A stretch of 64,000 nt of DNA from Escherichia coli (GCF_050320075.1 NZ_CP190018.1), one strand, 5' to 3'; counted from the first letter of the stretch, positions 11,420 to 23,429 are shown. The notes: generated from the letters alone by a model not told the origin. A program made the numbers and translations.

Positions 11420-11568
11420 TATGACTCCTGTTTCACGTCTATCAGATATATGCAGTTTGTGAACGTCAGGGCGCAGAGATCCCCGGGCCGTATGCCCGTT
11501 TATTTCTGGCGACATTCTTTATAGATTGCCGGGCGCATTGCGCTTACCCGGCTTACAGAACAAAAAGA

Positions 11569-12126
11569 TTAAAACGTGGTGGGCGTATGGGCGCTGATAA
11601 TTCGGCAAATACCTGCCGACGTATTACTGAAACTGTGCGGGATGCCGGTATTAATGGCATAACTTTGCCCCGCGACGAGGTGGTAATCCTGACCATTAAT
11701 CGTCAGAACAATTTCACCTTCCAGTACAGTGCCTATTTCCTCACCCTGATGCTTAATTCTTTCCCCAGTGGTTGTGCCCGGCTGGTAAGTTTCAAAGATC
11801 ATCGCCAGCGTGCGATTCGGGTTACCGTTATGAACCAGCTTCATTGACACACCCTGACTGCCCATCTCAATTAAGTCGTCCTGATTAATGACGACCTGCG
11901 GCTCATCAGGTTTTTCCGGCTCGGAAAAGAATTCCGAGAGTGACAGACCATACACCTTCAGCAGCTTTTGCAGCGTACTGATGGCAGGGCTGACTTTATC
12001 TTGTTCTATCGTACTGATAGCACTGTGAGTCAGCCCGGAGAGTTCGGCGGCACGACGTTGTGAAAGCCCCTGCTGCTGGCGGATTTCCGACAAGCGTTTT
12101 CCTGGCGCCAGTCCCTCATCACTCAT
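11569..12126 (-). CDS. puuR: HTH/cupin repressor of the puu genes
   Basis: 185 aa, N-terminal XRE-type HTH (LSQRRAAELSGLTHSAISTIEQ) plus C-terminal cupin; synteny. Confidence 0.9.
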   Translation of the reverse strand: MSDEGLAPGKRLSEIRQQQGLSQRRAAELSGLTHSAISTIEQDKVSPAISTLQKLLKVYGLSLSEFFSEPEKPDEPQVVINQDDLIEMGSQGVSMKLVHNGNPNRTLAMIFETYQPGTTTGERIKHQGEEIGTVLEGEIVLTINGQDYHLVAGQSYAINTGIPHSFSNTSAGICRIISAHTPTTF

Positions 12127-12152
12127 ATTTGCATTTCCTTAAACTGTAGTGG

Positions 12153-12917
12153 TCAGAGTCGCTGTTTTTCAGCGATATGGTGCTGACAAGCGGTGATAAA
12201 GCCCTCGAACAATATACGCGAAAGCGCGTACTCGCTACTGTTCCATTCCGGGTGCCACTGTACGCCCAGCGCAAAAGGATGATTGATGACGCTAACCGCC
12301 TCAACTAAGCCATCCGGCGAGCGAGCTTCAACACGCAACCGTGGGCTAACGACCTTTGCCCCTTGTCCATGCAGAGAGTTTACCCAAAAGTTGCTACATT
12401 CAGGTAACAACGCAGACAGTAATCCCCCCTCTTCAACCAGAACTTCATGCGACGGCGCATATTGCTGCTCCACCGGCAGTTCGGGATCTTCCCGATGTTC
12501 CAGCAATTCAGGCTGTTCGCACAGCTTGCGATGCAACGAACCACCGGTTGCCACCACCAGTTCCTGTAAACCCCGGCAGATGGCGAAAATGGGGATGCGC
12601 CTTTCGAGTGCGGCATTAATTAACGCCATGCTCAGAAGATCACGCCCGGGATCGGCGTCAGGCTCATCGCCGTTTTCACCATATAGGTGCGGCTGCACAT
12701 TGCTGGGACTACCAGGAAGATAAATACCATCGAGTTTCGGCAAAAGTTGTTCAAGTAATGACGGTTCCGCCAGCGCATGTGGCAGCGCAATTGGCAAGCC
12801 GCCTGCGTGGATGATGGCATTCAGGTACTTTTCTTGCAGAGTCTGGGTCGCATGACCCTTAAGCCTGTTCCTGCACATTACGACACCGATAACCGGATTG
12901 TTCATTATATTTTCCAT
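12153..12917 (-). CDS. puuD: Gamma-glutamyl-GABA hydrolase (class-I glutamine amidotransferase-like)
   Basis: In-frame ATG at 12917 (MENIMNNPVIGVV...) gives 254 aa. Confidence 0.9.
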   Translation of the reverse strand: MENIMNNPVIGVVMCRNRLKGHATQTLQEKYLNAIIHAGGLPIALPHALAEPSLLEQLLPKLDGIYLPGSPSNVQPHLYGENGDEPDADPGRDLLSMALINAALERRIPIFAICRGLQELVVATGGSLHRKLCEQPELLEHREDPELPVEQQYAPSHEVLVEEGGLLSALLPECSNFWVNSLHGQGAKVVSPRLRVEARSPDGLVEAVSVINHPFALGVQWHPEWNSSEYALSRILFEGFITACQHHIAEKQRL

Positions 12918-13128
12918 GCTCAATCTCACAAAGTGGACTAAATTATCGCCATTACTGCGCTTTAAATGACCTTTATGTTCAATATTTTTTCAATCTAGCA
13001 GTGGGTTTTCATTTTTGCAAACTCAATTTAACATTTGACAAACATTTAGTTTGCATACAGATTCGAATGGTGGTCATTATATTTTACGCTTTGATAACGA
13101 GCGGAAAACAAACCAAAGGCGAAGAATC

Positions 13129-14547
13129 ATGGAAACCAATATCGTTGAAGTAGAGAACTTTGTTCAGCAGTCAGAAGAGAGGCGGGGTAGCGCCTTTACG
13201 CAGGAAGTGAAACGCTACCTGGAGCGCTACCCGAATACACAATATGTTGATGTTTTACTTACCGATTTGAATGGTTGCTTCCGTGGAAAACGTATTCCTG
13301 TTTCAAGCCTTAAGAAGCTCGAGAAAGGGTGTTATTTCCCGGCCTCGGTATTTGCAATGGATATTCTGGGTAATGTAGTAGAAGAAGCGGGCCTGGGTCA
13401 GGAAATGGGCGAGCCGGATCGTACCTGTGTTCCTGTTCTCGGTTCCTTAACCCCTTCTGCCGCCGATCCAGAGTTTATAGGTCAGATGCTCCTGACCATG
13501 GTCGATGAAGATGGCGCTCCCTTTGACGTTGAGCCGCGGAACGTTCTTAACCGCCTGTGGCAGCAGCTGCGCCAGCGCGGATTGTTCCCGGTCGTAGCGG
13601 TAGAGCTGGAGTTCTATTTACTGGATCGCCAGCGCGACGCTGAAGGGTATCTGCAACCGCCCTGCGCGCCCGGCACCGATGACCGCAATACACAAAGCCA
13701 GGTTTACTCCGTTGATAACCTCAACCACTTCGCCGACGTGCTCAATGATATTGATGAGCTGGCGCAGTTACAGCTGATTCCGGCAGATGGCGCGGTCGCC
13801 GAGGCCTCGCCAGGTCAGTTTGAAATCAATCTTTACCATACCGATAACGTGCTGGAAGCTTGCGATGATGCGCTGGCACTAAAACGCCTGGTGCGTCTGA
13901 TGGCAGAAAAGCATAAGATGCACGCCACTTTTATGGCGAAGCCGTATGAAGAGCACGCGGGCAGCGGGATGCATATCCATATCAGTATGCAAAATAACCG
14001 TGGCGAGAACGTGCTTTCTGACGCGGAAGGCGAAGATTCGCCGCTGCTGAAAAAGATGCTCGCCGGGATGATTGACCTGATGCCGTCATCAATGGCGTTG
14101 CTGGCACCAAACGTGAACTCGTATCGCCGCTTCCAGCCGGGAATGTATGTGCCGACGCAGGCGTCGTGGGGCCATAACAACCGCACCGTCGCCCTGCGTA
14201 TTCCCTGCGGCGATCGCCATAATCACCGCGTGGAATATCGCGTGGCGGGTGCCGATGCCAACCCGTATCTGGTGATGGCGGCGATTTTTGCCGGTATTTT
14301 GCATGGCCTTGATAACGAACTGCCATTACAGGAAGAAGTCGAAGGCAACGGGCTGGAACAGGAAGGCTTACCCTTCCCGATTCGCCAGAGCGATGCCCTG
14401 GGTGAGTTTATCGAGAATGATCACCTGCGCCGCTATTTAGGCGAACGCTTCTGCCATGTCTATCACGCCTGTAAAAATGATGAGCTGTTGCAGTTTGAGC
14501 GCCTCATCACAGAAACAGAAATTGAGTGGATGTTGAAAAACGCGTAA
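13129..14547 (+). CDS. puuA: Glutamate–putrescine ligase (glutamine-synthetase family)
   Basis: Track ORF starts at a TTG at 13051; the in-frame ATG at 13129 (METNIVEVENFVQQ...) preceded by a purine-rich stretch gives 472 aa; divergent from puuD. Confidence 0.9.
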   Translation: METNIVEVENFVQQSEERRGSAFTQEVKRYLERYPNTQYVDVLLTDLNGCFRGKRIPVSSLKKLEKGCYFPASVFAMDILGNVVEEAGLGQEMGEPDRTCVPVLGSLTPSAADPEFIGQMLLTMVDEDGAPFDVEPRNVLNRLWQQLRQRGLFPVVAVELEFYLLDRQRDAEGYLQPPCAPGTDDRNTQSQVYSVDNLNHFADVLNDIDELAQLQLIPADGAVAEASPGQFEINLYHTDNVLEACDDALALKRLVRLMAEKHKMHATFMAKPYEEHAGSGMHIHISMQNNRGENVLSDAEGEDSPLLKKMLAGMIDLMPSSMALLAPNVNSYRRFQPGMYVPTQASWGHNNRTVALRIPCGDRHNHRVEYRVAGADANPYLVMAAIFAGILHGLDNELPLQEEVEGNGLEQEGLPFPIRQSDALGEFIENDHLRRYLGERFCHVYHACKNDELLQFERLITETEIEWMLKNA

Positions 14548-14849
14548 TACCCCTTGCGGGGTTGTTTCATCGGCCTGAGCGGAGCCAGGCCTGACATTTG
14601 CTGGTAATCCAGACATTTCCCGGATGTCGCGTTATGGAGCGCAGGCGGCAACGGGCTTCCGTTAACGATTAAGACTGTGACGAGGAAATGAGATGATGCC
14701 GATGATTAAATCCCCGCATGGCGAGGGAGGCTGCGTATGCGCCCCTCCTGCGACTGACTGGACTCCGCCCCCTTTGCTTCCCTTGCTAAACAGGTTTGAT
14801 TTCAGGTCGACACGACCGCAAACCTTATTACGCAGGGGAGGCAGCAACT

Positions 14850-16235
14850 ATGGCTATTAATTCATCACTGACTATTGCTGCGCAATCTGGCAAAACCCGT
14901 CTGCGAAAATCACTGAAATTGTGGCAGGTGGTGATGATGGGTCTGGCCTATCTCACGCCGATGACCGTATTTGATACTTTTGGTATTGTCTCCGGCATTA
15001 GCGACGGTCACGTTCCGGCGTCCTATTTGCTGGCGCTGGCGGGCGTGCTGTTTACCGCTATCAGCTACGGCAAACTGGTTCGCCAGTTTCCGGAGGCCGG
15101 TTCGGCCTATACCTACGCGCAAAAGTCGATTAACCCGCACGTCGGATTTATGGTCGGCTGGTCATCACTGCTGGATTATCTCTTTTTGCCAATGATCAAC
15201 GTTTTGTTGGCGAAAATCTATCTCTCCGCCCTCTTCCCGGAAGTGCCGCCGTGGGTGTGGGTGGTAACCTTCGTCGCCATTTTAACCGCCGCGAATCTGA
15301 AGAGCGTCAACCTGGTCGCTAACTTCAATACCCTGTTTGTACTGGTGCAAATCTCCATCATGGTGGTGTTTATCTTCCTGGTGGTTCAGGGACTGCATAA
15401 AGGAGAAGGCGTTGGCACCGTCTGGTCACTTCAGCCGTTTATCAGCGAGAACGCGCACCTGATCCCGATTATTACCGGGGCGACGATTGTCTGTTTCTCC
15501 TTCCTCGGTTTCGATGCGGTGACCACGCTTTCGGAAGAGACGCCGGACGCCGCACGCGTGATCCCGAAAGCCATCTTCCTGACGGCGGTATACGGCGGCG
15601 TTATCTTTATCGCTGCGTCGTTCTTTATGCAGCTGTTCTTTCCCGATATCAGCCGCTTTAAAGACCCGGACGCCGCACTGCCTGAAATTGCGCTATACGT
15701 CGGCGGCAAGCTCTTCCAGTCGATTTTCCTCTGTACCACGTTTGTGAACACGTTAGCGTCTGGCCTGGCGTCGCACGCCAGCGTGTCGCGTCTGCTGTAT
15801 GTGATGGGGCGTGACAATGTGTTTCCGGAGCGCGTGTTTGGCTATGTGCACCCGAAATGGCGGACTCCGGCACTGAACGTCATTATGGTCGGGATTGTCG
15901 CGTTGTCAGCGCTGTTCTTTGATTTAGTCACCGCGACAGCATTGATTAACTTCGGTGCTCTGGTGGCATTTACCTTCGTAAATCTGTCGGTGTTTAATCA
16001 TTTCTGGCGGCGTAAAGGAATGAATAAAAGCTGGAAGGATCACTTCCACTATTTGCTGATGCCGCTGGTTGGCGCGCTGACGGTGGGTGTGCTGTGGGTT
16101 AATCTCGAGTCAACGTCACTGACACTCGGTCTGGTATGGGCTTCGTTAGGCGGCGCATATTTGTGGTATCTGATCCGCCGCTATCGCAAAGTGCCGTTGT
16201 ATGATGGTGACAGAGCGCCGGTGAGCGAAACGTAA
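14850..16235 (+). CDS. puuP: Putrescine importer (APC-family amino-acid/polyamine permease)
   Basis: In-frame ATG at 14850 ([22 protein letters not shown]...) preceded by aggggagg gives 461 aa; multi-TM hydrophobic protein. Confidence 0.9.
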   Translation: MAINSSLTIAAQSGKTRLRKSLKLWQVVMMGLAYLTPMTVFDTFGIVSGISDGHVPASYLLALAGVLFTAISYGKLVRQFPEAGSAYTYAQKSINPHVGFMVGWSSLLDYLFLPMINVLLAKIYLSALFPEVPPWVWVVTFVAILTAANLKSVNLVANFNTLFVLVQISIMVVFIFLVVQGLHKGEGVGTVWSLQPFISENAHLIPIITGATIVCFSFLGFDAVTTLSEETPDAARVIPKAIFLTAVYGGVIFIAASFFMQLFFPDISRFKDPDAALPEIALYVGGKLFQSIFLCTTFVNTLASGLASHASVSRLLYVMGRDNVFPERVFGYVHPKWRTPALNVIMVGIVALSALFFDLVTATALINFGALVAFTFVNLSVFNHFWRRKGMNKSWKDHFHYLLMPLVGALTVGVLWVNLESTSLTLGLVWASLGGAYLWYLIRRYRKVPLYDGDRAPVSET

Positions 16236-16368
16236 TAGTCGGATGCGCGGCGCATTATCCTGCCTGAGGGTAATGCACCGCGCCATTAACTATAAAAAGA
16301 TGTATGACCCGGATCACGAGTGCTATCATCCGCCCTTATGCTTAGCGCATTAACCCCAGGGGGAAATA

Positions 16369-16614
16369 ATGAACCACGATATCCCGCTAAAATATTTTGA
16401 TATTGCCGATGAGTACGCGACCGAATGCGCAGAGCCTGTCGCAGACGCTGAACGCACACCGCTGGCCCTCTACTTCCAGTTACTGCTCACCCGTTTGATG
16501 AACAATGAAGAGATCAGCGAAGAAGCCCAACATGAAATGGCTGCTGAAGCGGGGATTAATCCCGTACGCATTGATGAGATCGCAGAGTTTTTGAATCAAT
16601 GGGGTAATGAGTAA
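16369..16614 (+). CDS. ymjA: Small protein YmjA (DUF2543)
   Basis: 81 aa, [40 protein letters not shown]...; synteny between puuP and sapA. Confidence 0.8.
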   Translation: MNHDIPLKYFDIADEYATECAEPVADAERTPLALYFQLLLTRLMNNEEISEEAQHEMAAEAGINPVRIDEIAEFLNQWGNE

Positions 16615-16647
16615 TTATTTCATTGCAGACGCTCGGTCAGTATCGTT

Positions 16648-16679
16648 GCCCGGATAAAGCGTTCACGCCGCATCCGGCT
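16648..16679. repeat. REP element downstream of ymjA
   Basis: gcccggataaagcgttcacgccgcatccggc matches the REP consensus. Coordinates approximate. Confidence 0.65.
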
Positions 16680-16926
16680 AACAATGACGCGCACTGCAGC
16701 GTGCTTTAATGGGTTTCTCACGATCGTACCGCTCTGCTCCTCGCTAAGTTGTTCTGTGAGTTATAGTTATAGAGAAATCACGGGTACGAATGTTGAACAG
16801 ATGGCGACGTCACCTGTTCAACGACCAACCACACGGCCCTCATTACGACCCCTGAACACAAACGGTAATGGCAAATGTCATTAAATATTAGTAAGATAGC
16901 CTCTTTACATAAAATCCATTAATATT

Positions 16927-18570
16927 ATGCGCCAGGTATTATCGTCTCTTTTGGTGATTGCTGGACTTGTGAGTGGTCAGGCAATCGCCGCGCCTGAATC
17001 CCCCCCGCATGCTGATATCCGCGATAGCGGTTTTGTCTATTGCGTCAGCGGGCAAGTCAACACCTTTAACCCATCCAAAGCGAGCAGTGGGTTAATTGTC
17101 GATACCCTTGCCGCCCAGTTTTATGATCGACTGCTGGATGTCGATCCCTATACCTATCGCCTGATGCCGGAACTTGCCGAAAGCTGGGAAGTTCTCGACA
17201 ACGGCGCGACCTATCGCTTCCACCTGCGTCGCGATGTTCCGTTTCAAAAAACCGACTGGTTTACTCCCACTCGTAAAATGAATGCCGACGATGTGGTGTT
17301 TACCTTCCAGCGAATTTTTGACCGCAACAACCCGTGGCATAACGTCAACGGCAGCAACTTCCCCTACTTCGACAGCCTGCAATTTGCCGATAACGTGAAA
17401 AGCGTCCGCAAACTGGATAATCATACGGTTGAGTTCCGACTCGCCCAGCCGGATGCTTCTTTTTTGTGGCACCTGGCGACCCATTATGCATCGGTCATGT
17501 CGGCAGAATATGCCCGGAAGTTAGAGAAAGAAGATCGTCAGGAACAACTCGACCGTCAGCCGGTCGGCACTGGACCGTATCAGTTGTCGGAATACCGCGC
17601 CGGGCAATATATTCGCTTACAACGTCATGATGATTTCTGGCGTGGTAAGCCGTTGATGCCACAAGTGGTGGTGGATTTAGGCTCTGGCGGTACCGGACGT
17701 CTGTCGAAACTCCTGACCGGGGAGTGCGACGTTCTGGCCTGGCCTGCTGCCAGTCAGCTATCCATTTTGCGTGACGACCCACGCTTGCGTTTAACGCTGC
17801 GTCCTGGGATGAACGTCGCCTATCTGGCATTCAACACCGCCAAACCGCCGCTAAATAATCCCGCTGTCCGCCATGCGCTGGCACTGGCGATTAATAACCA
17901 GCGTCTGATGCAATCCATCTATTATGGTACGGCTGAAACGGCAGCCTCTATTTTACCGCGCGCCTCGTGGGCCTATGACAACGAGGCTAAAATTACTGAA
18001 TATAATCCGGCGAAATCGCGCGAACAGTTGAAGGCGTTGGGGCTGGAAAACTTAACGCTGAAACTGTGGGTACCAACACGTTCGCAGGCGTGGAACCCCA
18101 GTCCACTGAAAACTGCCGAATTGATTCAGGCGGATATGGCACAGGTTGGCGTAAAAGTGGTGATTGTGCCGGTAGAAGGTCGCTTTCAGGAGGCGCGGTT
18201 GATGGATATGAGCCATGATCTGACGTTATCCGGTTGGGCGACTGACAGTAACGACCCGGACAGTTTCTTCCGTCCGTTACTGAGCTGCGCGGCAATTCAT
18301 TCGCAGACCAACCTCGCCCACTGGTGCGATCCGAAATTCGACAGCGTGTTGCGTAAGGCGCTCTCCTCGCAGCAGCTGGCGGCGCGTATTGAAGCCTATG
18401 ACGAAGCGCAGAGTATTCTGGCGCAGGAATTACCCATTCTGCCGCTGGCGTCGTCATTGCGCTTGCAGGCCTATCGGTATGATATCAAAGGTCTGGTACT
18501 TAGTCCGTTTGGTAACGCCTCCTTTGCTGGGGTGTATCGCGAGAAACCGGATGAGGTGAAAAAACCATGA
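16927..18570 (+). CDS. sapA: ABC transporter periplasmic substrate-binding protein SapA
   Basis: 547 aa with signal peptide ([21 protein letters not shown]); family-5 solute-binding protein; first of sapABCDF. Confidence 0.9.
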   Translation: MRQVLSSLLVIAGLVSGQAIAAPESPPHADIRDSGFVYCVSGQVNTFNPSKASSGLIVDTLAAQFYDRLLDVDPYTYRLMPELAESWEVLDNGATYRFHLRRDVPFQKTDWFTPTRKMNADDVVFTFQRIFDRNNPWHNVNGSNFPYFDSLQFADNVKSVRKLDNHTVEFRLAQPDASFLWHLATHYASVMSAEYARKLEKEDRQEQLDRQPVGTGPYQLSEYRAGQYIRLQRHDDFWRGKPLMPQVVVDLGSGGTGRLSKLLTGECDVLAWPAASQLSILRDDPRLRLTLRPGMNVAYLAFNTAKPPLNNPAVRHALALAINNQRLMQSIYYGTAETAASILPRASWAYDNEAKITEYNPAKSREQLKALGLENLTLKLWVPTRSQAWNPSPLKTAELIQADMAQVGVKVVIVPVEGRFQEARLMDMSHDLTLSGWATDSNDPDSFFRPLLSCAAIHSQTNLAHWCDPKFDSVLRKALSSQQLAARIEAYDEAQSILAQELPILPLASSLRLQAYRYDIKGLVLSPFGNASFAGVYREKPDEVKKP

Positions 18571-19532
18571 TTATCTTCACCTTACGCCGCATTTTGTTAT
18601 TGATTGTCACCTTGTTCCTGCTGACCTTCGTTGGCTTCAGCTTGAGCTATTTCACTCCACACGCGCCGTTACAAGGCGCGTCACTGTGGAATGCCTGGGT
18701 GTTCTGGTTTAATGGCCTGATCCACTGGGATTTTGGTGTTTCCAGCATTAACGGTCAACCGATTGCCGAACAGTTAAAAGAGGTCTTCCCGGCGACGATG
18801 GAACTGTGCATCCTCGCCTTCGGTTTTGCGCTGATTGTTGGCATCCCCGTGGGGATGATTGCCGGGATTACGCGCCATAAGTGGCAGGATAACTTGATCA
18901 ACGCCATCGCCTTACTGGGCTTTTCAATCCCGGTGTTCTGGCTGGCGCTTCTGTTGACGCTGTTTTGTTCACTCACGCTAGGTTGGTTGCCCGTTTCAGG
19001 GCGTTTCGATCTGCTCTACGAAGTGAAACCGATTACCGATTTTGCGTTGATTGATGCCTGGCTTTCGGACTCACCATGGCGGGATGAAATGGTCATGAGC
19101 GCAATCCGCCATATGATATTGCCCGTGATCACCCTGTCGGTTGCGCCAACAACTGAAGTGATCCGACTGATGCGTATCAGCACTATCGAAGTGTATGACC
19201 AGAACTATGTTAAAGCAGCGGCGACCCGCGGTTTGTCGCGCTTTACTATCTTGCGTCGCCACGTTCTGCATAACGCGTTACCTCCGGTTATTCCTCGCCT
19301 GGGCTTACAGTTTTCTACCATGCTGACGCTGGCGATGATCACCGAAATGGTTTTTAGCTGGCCGGGTTTAGGGCGCTGGTTAATTAACGCCATCCGCCAG
19401 CAGGATTACGCAGCCATTTCCGCCGGAGTGATGGTGTGTGGCTCACTGGTCATTATTGTTAACGTGATTTCTGATATTTTGGGTGCCATGGCTAACCCTC
19501 TGAAACATAAGGAATGGTATGCCTTACGATAG
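18567..19532 (+). CDS. sapB: ABC transporter permease SapB
   Basis: 321-aa hydrophobic ORF overlapping the sapA stop; synteny. Confidence 0.9.
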   Translation: MIIFTLRRILLLIVTLFLLTFVGFSLSYFTPHAPLQGASLWNAWVFWFNGLIHWDFGVSSINGQPIAEQLKEVFPATMELCILAFGFALIVGIPVGMIAGITRHKWQDNLINAIALLGFSIPVFWLALLLTLFCSLTLGWLPVSGRFDLLYEVKPITDFALIDAWLSDSPWRDEMVMSAIRHMILPVITLSVAPTTEVIRLMRISTIEVYDQNYVKAAATRGLSRFTILRRHVLHNALPPVIPRLGLQFSTMLTLAMITEMVFSWPGLGRWLINAIRQQDYAAISAGVMVCGSLVIIVNVISDILGAMANPLKHKEWYALR

Positions 19533-20409
19533 CGTATACAGCGAAAAGCGCCCGCCGGGCACGCTGCGTACCGCCTGGCGCAAATTTTATAGTGACGCCT
19601 CTGCGATGGTCGGCCTGTACGGCTGCGCGGGGCTGGCTGTACTGTGTATTTTTGGCGGCTGGTTTGCGCCTTACGGCATCGATCAGCAATTTCTCGGTTA
19701 TCAATTATTGCCGCCGTCATGGTCGCGCTATGGCGAAGTTTCTTTCTTCCTTGGGACTGACGACCTGGGACGCGATGTTTTAAGCCGTTTACTGAGCGGA
19801 GCTGCGCCAACCGTAGGCGGCGCATTTGTGGTGACGCTTGCCGCGACGATCTGCGGCCTGATACTGGGCACCTTCGCCGGCGCGACGCACGGCCTACGCT
19901 CAGCGGTGCTTAACCATATTCTGGATACCTTACTGGCGATCCCTTCCCTACTGCTGGCAATTATCGTTGTAGCGTTTGCCGGACCGAGTTTGTCTCACGC
20001 CATGTTTGCCGTCTGGCTGGCGCTGCTGCCTCGTATGGTACGTTCGATTTACAGCATGGTGCATGACGAACTGGAAAAAGAGTACGTTATCGCTGCCCGT
20101 CTGGATGGCGCATCAACGCTGAATATTCTCTGGTTTGCTGTGATGCCAAACATCACCGCCGGGCTGGTCACCGAGATCACCCGCGCACTGTCGATGGCAA
20201 TTCTCGATATCGCCGCGCTGGGCTTTCTCGATCTCGGCGCACAACTCCCCTCGCCTGAATGGGGAGCGATGCTCGGTGATGCGCTGGAACTGATTTATGT
20301 CGCCCCGTGGACTGTCATGCTGCCAGGTGCGGCAATTATGATTAGCGTGCTGTTGGTTAACCTCCTTGGCGACGGTGTCCGTCGTGCAATTATTGCGGGG
20401 GTGGAATAA
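19519..20409 (+). CDS. sapC: ABC transporter permease SapC
   Basis: 296-aa membrane ORF; synteny. Confidence 0.9.
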
Positions 20410-21401
20410 TGCCATTACTCGATATTCGTAACCTGACCATTGAATTTAAAACCGGTGATGAGTGGGTTAAAGCCGTCGACCGCGTAAGTATGACCTTAAC
20501 CGAAGGTGAAATCCGCGGTCTTGTTGGCGAATCCGGTTCCGGCAAAAGTTTGATTGCGAAAGCAATTTGTGGGGTGAATAAAGATAACTGGCGTGTTACA
20601 GCTGATCGTATGCGTTTTGATGATATCGATTTGCTGCGTCTCTCCGCACGCGAACGGCGCAAGCTGGTTGGTCACAACGTGTCGATGATTTTCCAGGAAC
20701 CGCAGTCGTGTCTTGATCCTTCAGAACGAGTGGGTCGCCAGTTGATGCAAAACATCCCAGCCTGGACCTATAAAGGCCGTTGGTGGCAGCGTTTTGGCTG
20801 GCGCAAACGCCGTGCCATTGAACTGCTGCACCGCGTGGGGATTAAAGATCACAAAGATGCGATGCGCAGTTTTCCCTATGAGTTGACCGAAGGCGAATGT
20901 CAGAAAGTGATGATAGCCATTGCACTGGCGAATCAACCGCGTCTGCTGATTGCTGACGAACCGACAAACTCAATGGAGCCAACAACCCAGGCGCAAATCT
21001 TTCGCCTCCTGACGCGTCTCAACCAAAACAGCAATACCACTATTTTGCTTATCAGCCATGACTTACAAATGCTTAGCCAATGGGCGGATAAAATTAACGT
21101 GCTTTACTGCGGTCAAACTGTGGAAACCGCGCCAAGTAAGGAGTTGGTGACGATGCCACATCATCCTTATACCCAGGCGCTGATCCGCGCGATACCAGAC
21201 TTCGGCAGCGCGATGCCGCATAAAAGTCGCCTCAATACGCTGCCCGGCGCTATCCCACTGCTGGAACAGTTACCGATTGGGTGTCGTCTGGGGCCGCGTT
21301 GCCCGTATGCACAACGAGAATGCATTGTGACGCCACGTTTGACGGGGGCGAAAAATCATCTCTATGCCTGTCATTTCCCGCTGAACATGGAGAAAGAGTG
21401 A
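20409..21401 (+). CDS. sapD: ABC transporter ATP-binding protein SapD
   Basis: 330 aa, Walker A GESGSGKS. Confidence 0.9.
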
Positions 21402-21402
21402 G

Positions 21403-22209
21403 ATGATCGAAACGCTGCTTGAAGTGCGTAATTTAAGTAAAACGTTCCGCTACCGGACCGGTTGGTTTCGTCGTCAGACCGTAGAAGCGGTAAAACCCTT
21501 GAGCTTTACGCTACGTGAAGGCCAGACACTGGCGATTATTGGCGAGAATGGTTCGGGTAAATCCACGCTGGCAAAAATGCTGGCGGGAATGATAGAACCT
21601 ACCAGCGGCGAGTTATTGATTGACGATCATCCGCTGCATTTTGGCGATTATTCCTTCCGCAGTCAGCGTATTCGCATGATTTTTCAGGATCCTTCGACCT
21701 CGTTGAATCCCCGTCAACGTATCTCGCAAATCCTGGATTTTCCACTGCGTCTGAACACCGACCTGGAACCGGAACAGCGTCGCAAACAGATTATTGAAAC
21801 GATGCGTATGGTTGGGCTGCTACCGGATCACGTCAGTTACTATCCGCATATGTTGGCACCCGGGCAAAAACAGCGTCTGGGGCTGGCGCGCGCGCTGATA
21901 TTGCGCCCAAAAGTCATTATTGCCGATGAAGCCCTCGCCTCACTGGATATGTCGATGCGTTCGCAGTTGATTAATCTGATGCTTGAGTTACAGGAAAAAC
22001 AGGGCATTTCGTATATTTATGTTACCCAGCATATCGGAATGATGAAGCACATTAGCGACCAGGTGCTGGTGATGCATCAGGGCGAGGTTGTCGAGCGAGG
22101 CAGCACCGCCGATGTGCTGGCATCGCCGCTGCATGAACTCACCAAACGGCTGATCGCCGGTCATTTTGGCGAGGCATTGACGGCGGATGCGTGGCGTAAG
22201 GACCGTTAG
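21403..22209 (+). CDS. sapF: ABC transporter ATP-binding protein SapF
   Basis: 268 aa, Walker A GENGSGKST. Confidence 0.9.
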   Translation: MIETLLEVRNLSKTFRYRTGWFRRQTVEAVKPLSFTLREGQTLAIIGENGSGKSTLAKMLAGMIEPTSGELLIDDHPLHFGDYSFRSQRIRMIFQDPSTSLNPRQRISQILDFPLRLNTDLEPEQRRKQIIETMRMVGLLPDHVSYYPHMLAPGQKQRLGLARALILRPKVIIADEALASLDMSMRSQLINLMLELQEKQGISYIYVTQHIGMMKHISDQVLVMHQGEVVERGSTADVLASPLHELTKRLIAGHFGEALTADAWRKDR

Positions 22210-22216
22210 TGTTCTG

Positions 22217-22253
22217 CACCTCATCCTGACAGGGCCCCCCTCAGGATGAGGTG
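22217..22253. terminator. Bidirectional intrinsic terminator shared by sapF and the convergent MFS gene
   Basis: Perfect 13-bp inverted repeat cacctcatcctga / tcaggatgaggtg around an 11-nt GC-rich loop, lying exactly between the two convergent stop codons. Confidence 0.6.
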
Positions 22254-22257
22254 TTCA

Positions 22258-23421
22258 TTACTTTTGATTGTCGATTCTGGTGAGAGCAACCAGCAATGCC
22301 AGCGTATAACACACCGTAATTGCCAGACTCATTTTTAACAGTGTTTCTCCGCCAAACCCCGACAATGGCGCGGCTATACCGCCGAAGACAAACATGCTCA
22401 TCCCCATCAACGCAGACGCCGTTCCAGATTCCTGCGTCCCTACTCCACTCATAGCCTCTGCCCCGCCAACAGTGCCGATGCCGCTACAAAATGCAATAGT
22501 GAAAAATAATGCCACCAGTGCCGGAATGGGCAATTGTGTCCATGCGCATAAGACCGTGAGCAATGCACACAAAATTGCCGCTATCAGGCCACCTCGCAAC
22601 AATGTCATCGCGTTAATCCGTCGCGCCAGGCGCGAGAAGATCCATGAAGCAATGATAAGTCCGATGCCGTTAAGGCCAAACACCAGGCTAAATTGCATTG
22701 GACTAAAGCCAAATTCCTTCTGCAACACGAACGACGAAGAGCCGATATATGCAAACAAACCGGCCAGCATAAAACTTTGAATCAGGCAAAAGCGCATAAA
22801 ACGGCGGTTCTGCACCACGCTTCGTCCGGTTAATAGCAATGATGAGCCCCTTTTATTTTCTGGCAAGGTCTCATTAATAAATAACAGGCAGCCCAGCAAC
22901 AGTACGGTGCTAATTTCAGCCATTACCCAGAATAAAGTGCGCCAGTCAAAAGTGCTGACAATGTACCCGCCCAGCACTGGCGACAACACCGGTGCCAGGC
23001 CATTCACCGTCATTAACAGCGCAAAAAACTGGGTCAACGTTACTCCCTGATATTTGTCACGAGCAATAGAACGAGAGAGCACCGAACCACCCGCCCCCGC
23101 GATCCCTTGAATAAAACGCCAGACCACCAGCCAGTAAATATTGTTCGTTGTCGCGCACAAAATGGAAGAAACAATAAACAATAGCAACGACAAGATTAAC
23201 GGACGTTTACGCCCTATTTTGTCGCTCAGAGGGCCAAATAACAGTTGTCCGACGCCAAGACCGATCAGCGATGCGGTCAGGGTTAATTGCGTTATGGTCG
23301 TGGTTGCCGCCAGTTGCTCAGACATCTCCGGCAAAGCCGGCAAATAAAGATCGGTACACATCGGGCCGATACCGGCTAAAAGACCAAGAATCAATGCCCA
23401 TGAAAGAGAGACTCTAGCCAT
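22258..23421 (-). CDS. MFS drug:H+ antiporter, Bcr/CflA (DHA1) family
   Basis: 387-aa, ~12-TM hydrophobic ORF; N-terminal motif region (…DLYLPALP…; …GPLSDKIGRKRP…) resembles E. coli Bcr as I recall it; begins 8 nt after the OMF stop. Not part of the K-12 sapF–fabI interval as I remember it. Confidence 0.75.
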   Translation of the reverse strand: MARVSLSWALILGLLAGIGPMCTDLYLPALPEMSEQLAATTTITQLTLTASLIGLGVGQLLFGPLSDKIGRKRPLILSLLLFIVSSILCATTNNIYWLVVWRFIQGIAGAGGSVLSRSIARDKYQGVTLTQFFALLMTVNGLAPVLSPVLGGYIVSTFDWRTLFWVMAEISTVLLLGCLLFINETLPENKRGSSLLLTGRSVVQNRRFMRFCLIQSFMLAGLFAYIGSSSFVLQKEFGFSPMQFSLVFGLNGIGLIIASWIFSRLARRINAMTLLRGGLIAAILCALLTVLCAWTQLPIPALVALFFTIAFCSGIGTVGGAEAMSGVGTQESGTASALMGMSMFVFGGIAAPLSGFGGETLLKMSLAITVCYTLALLVALTRIDNQK

Positions 23422-23429
23422 ATTATTCC

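Noticed and set aside
9932-11515. Extended 527-aa version of puuC (and similar long N-terminal extensions of puuA, puuP, topA, rluB, pyrF, yciO, the MFP and the TetR gene)
   Set aside because: The track reports the longest ORF from any ATG/GTG/TTG; internal in-frame ATG codons with Shine-Dalgarno sequences reproduce the known protein lengths, so the extensions are not called.
14692-14859. 55-codon Pro-rich frame (MMPMIKSPHGEGGC…) upstream of and overlapping the puuP start
   Set aside because: Composition and lack of a clear Shine-Dalgarno sequence argue against a real protein; kept only as part of the puuA–puuP spacer observation.
16755-16770. 12-mer ttatagttatag shared between the sapA upstream region and the osmB upstream region (~37880)
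   Set aside because: A single shared 12-mer in a 64-kb window is well within chance expectation; no extended similarity around it.
16684-16884. 66-aa ORF between ymjA and sapA
   Set aside because: Overlaps a REP element and the sapA promoter region; low-complexity Ser/Thr/Pro-rich sequence; no ribosome-binding site.
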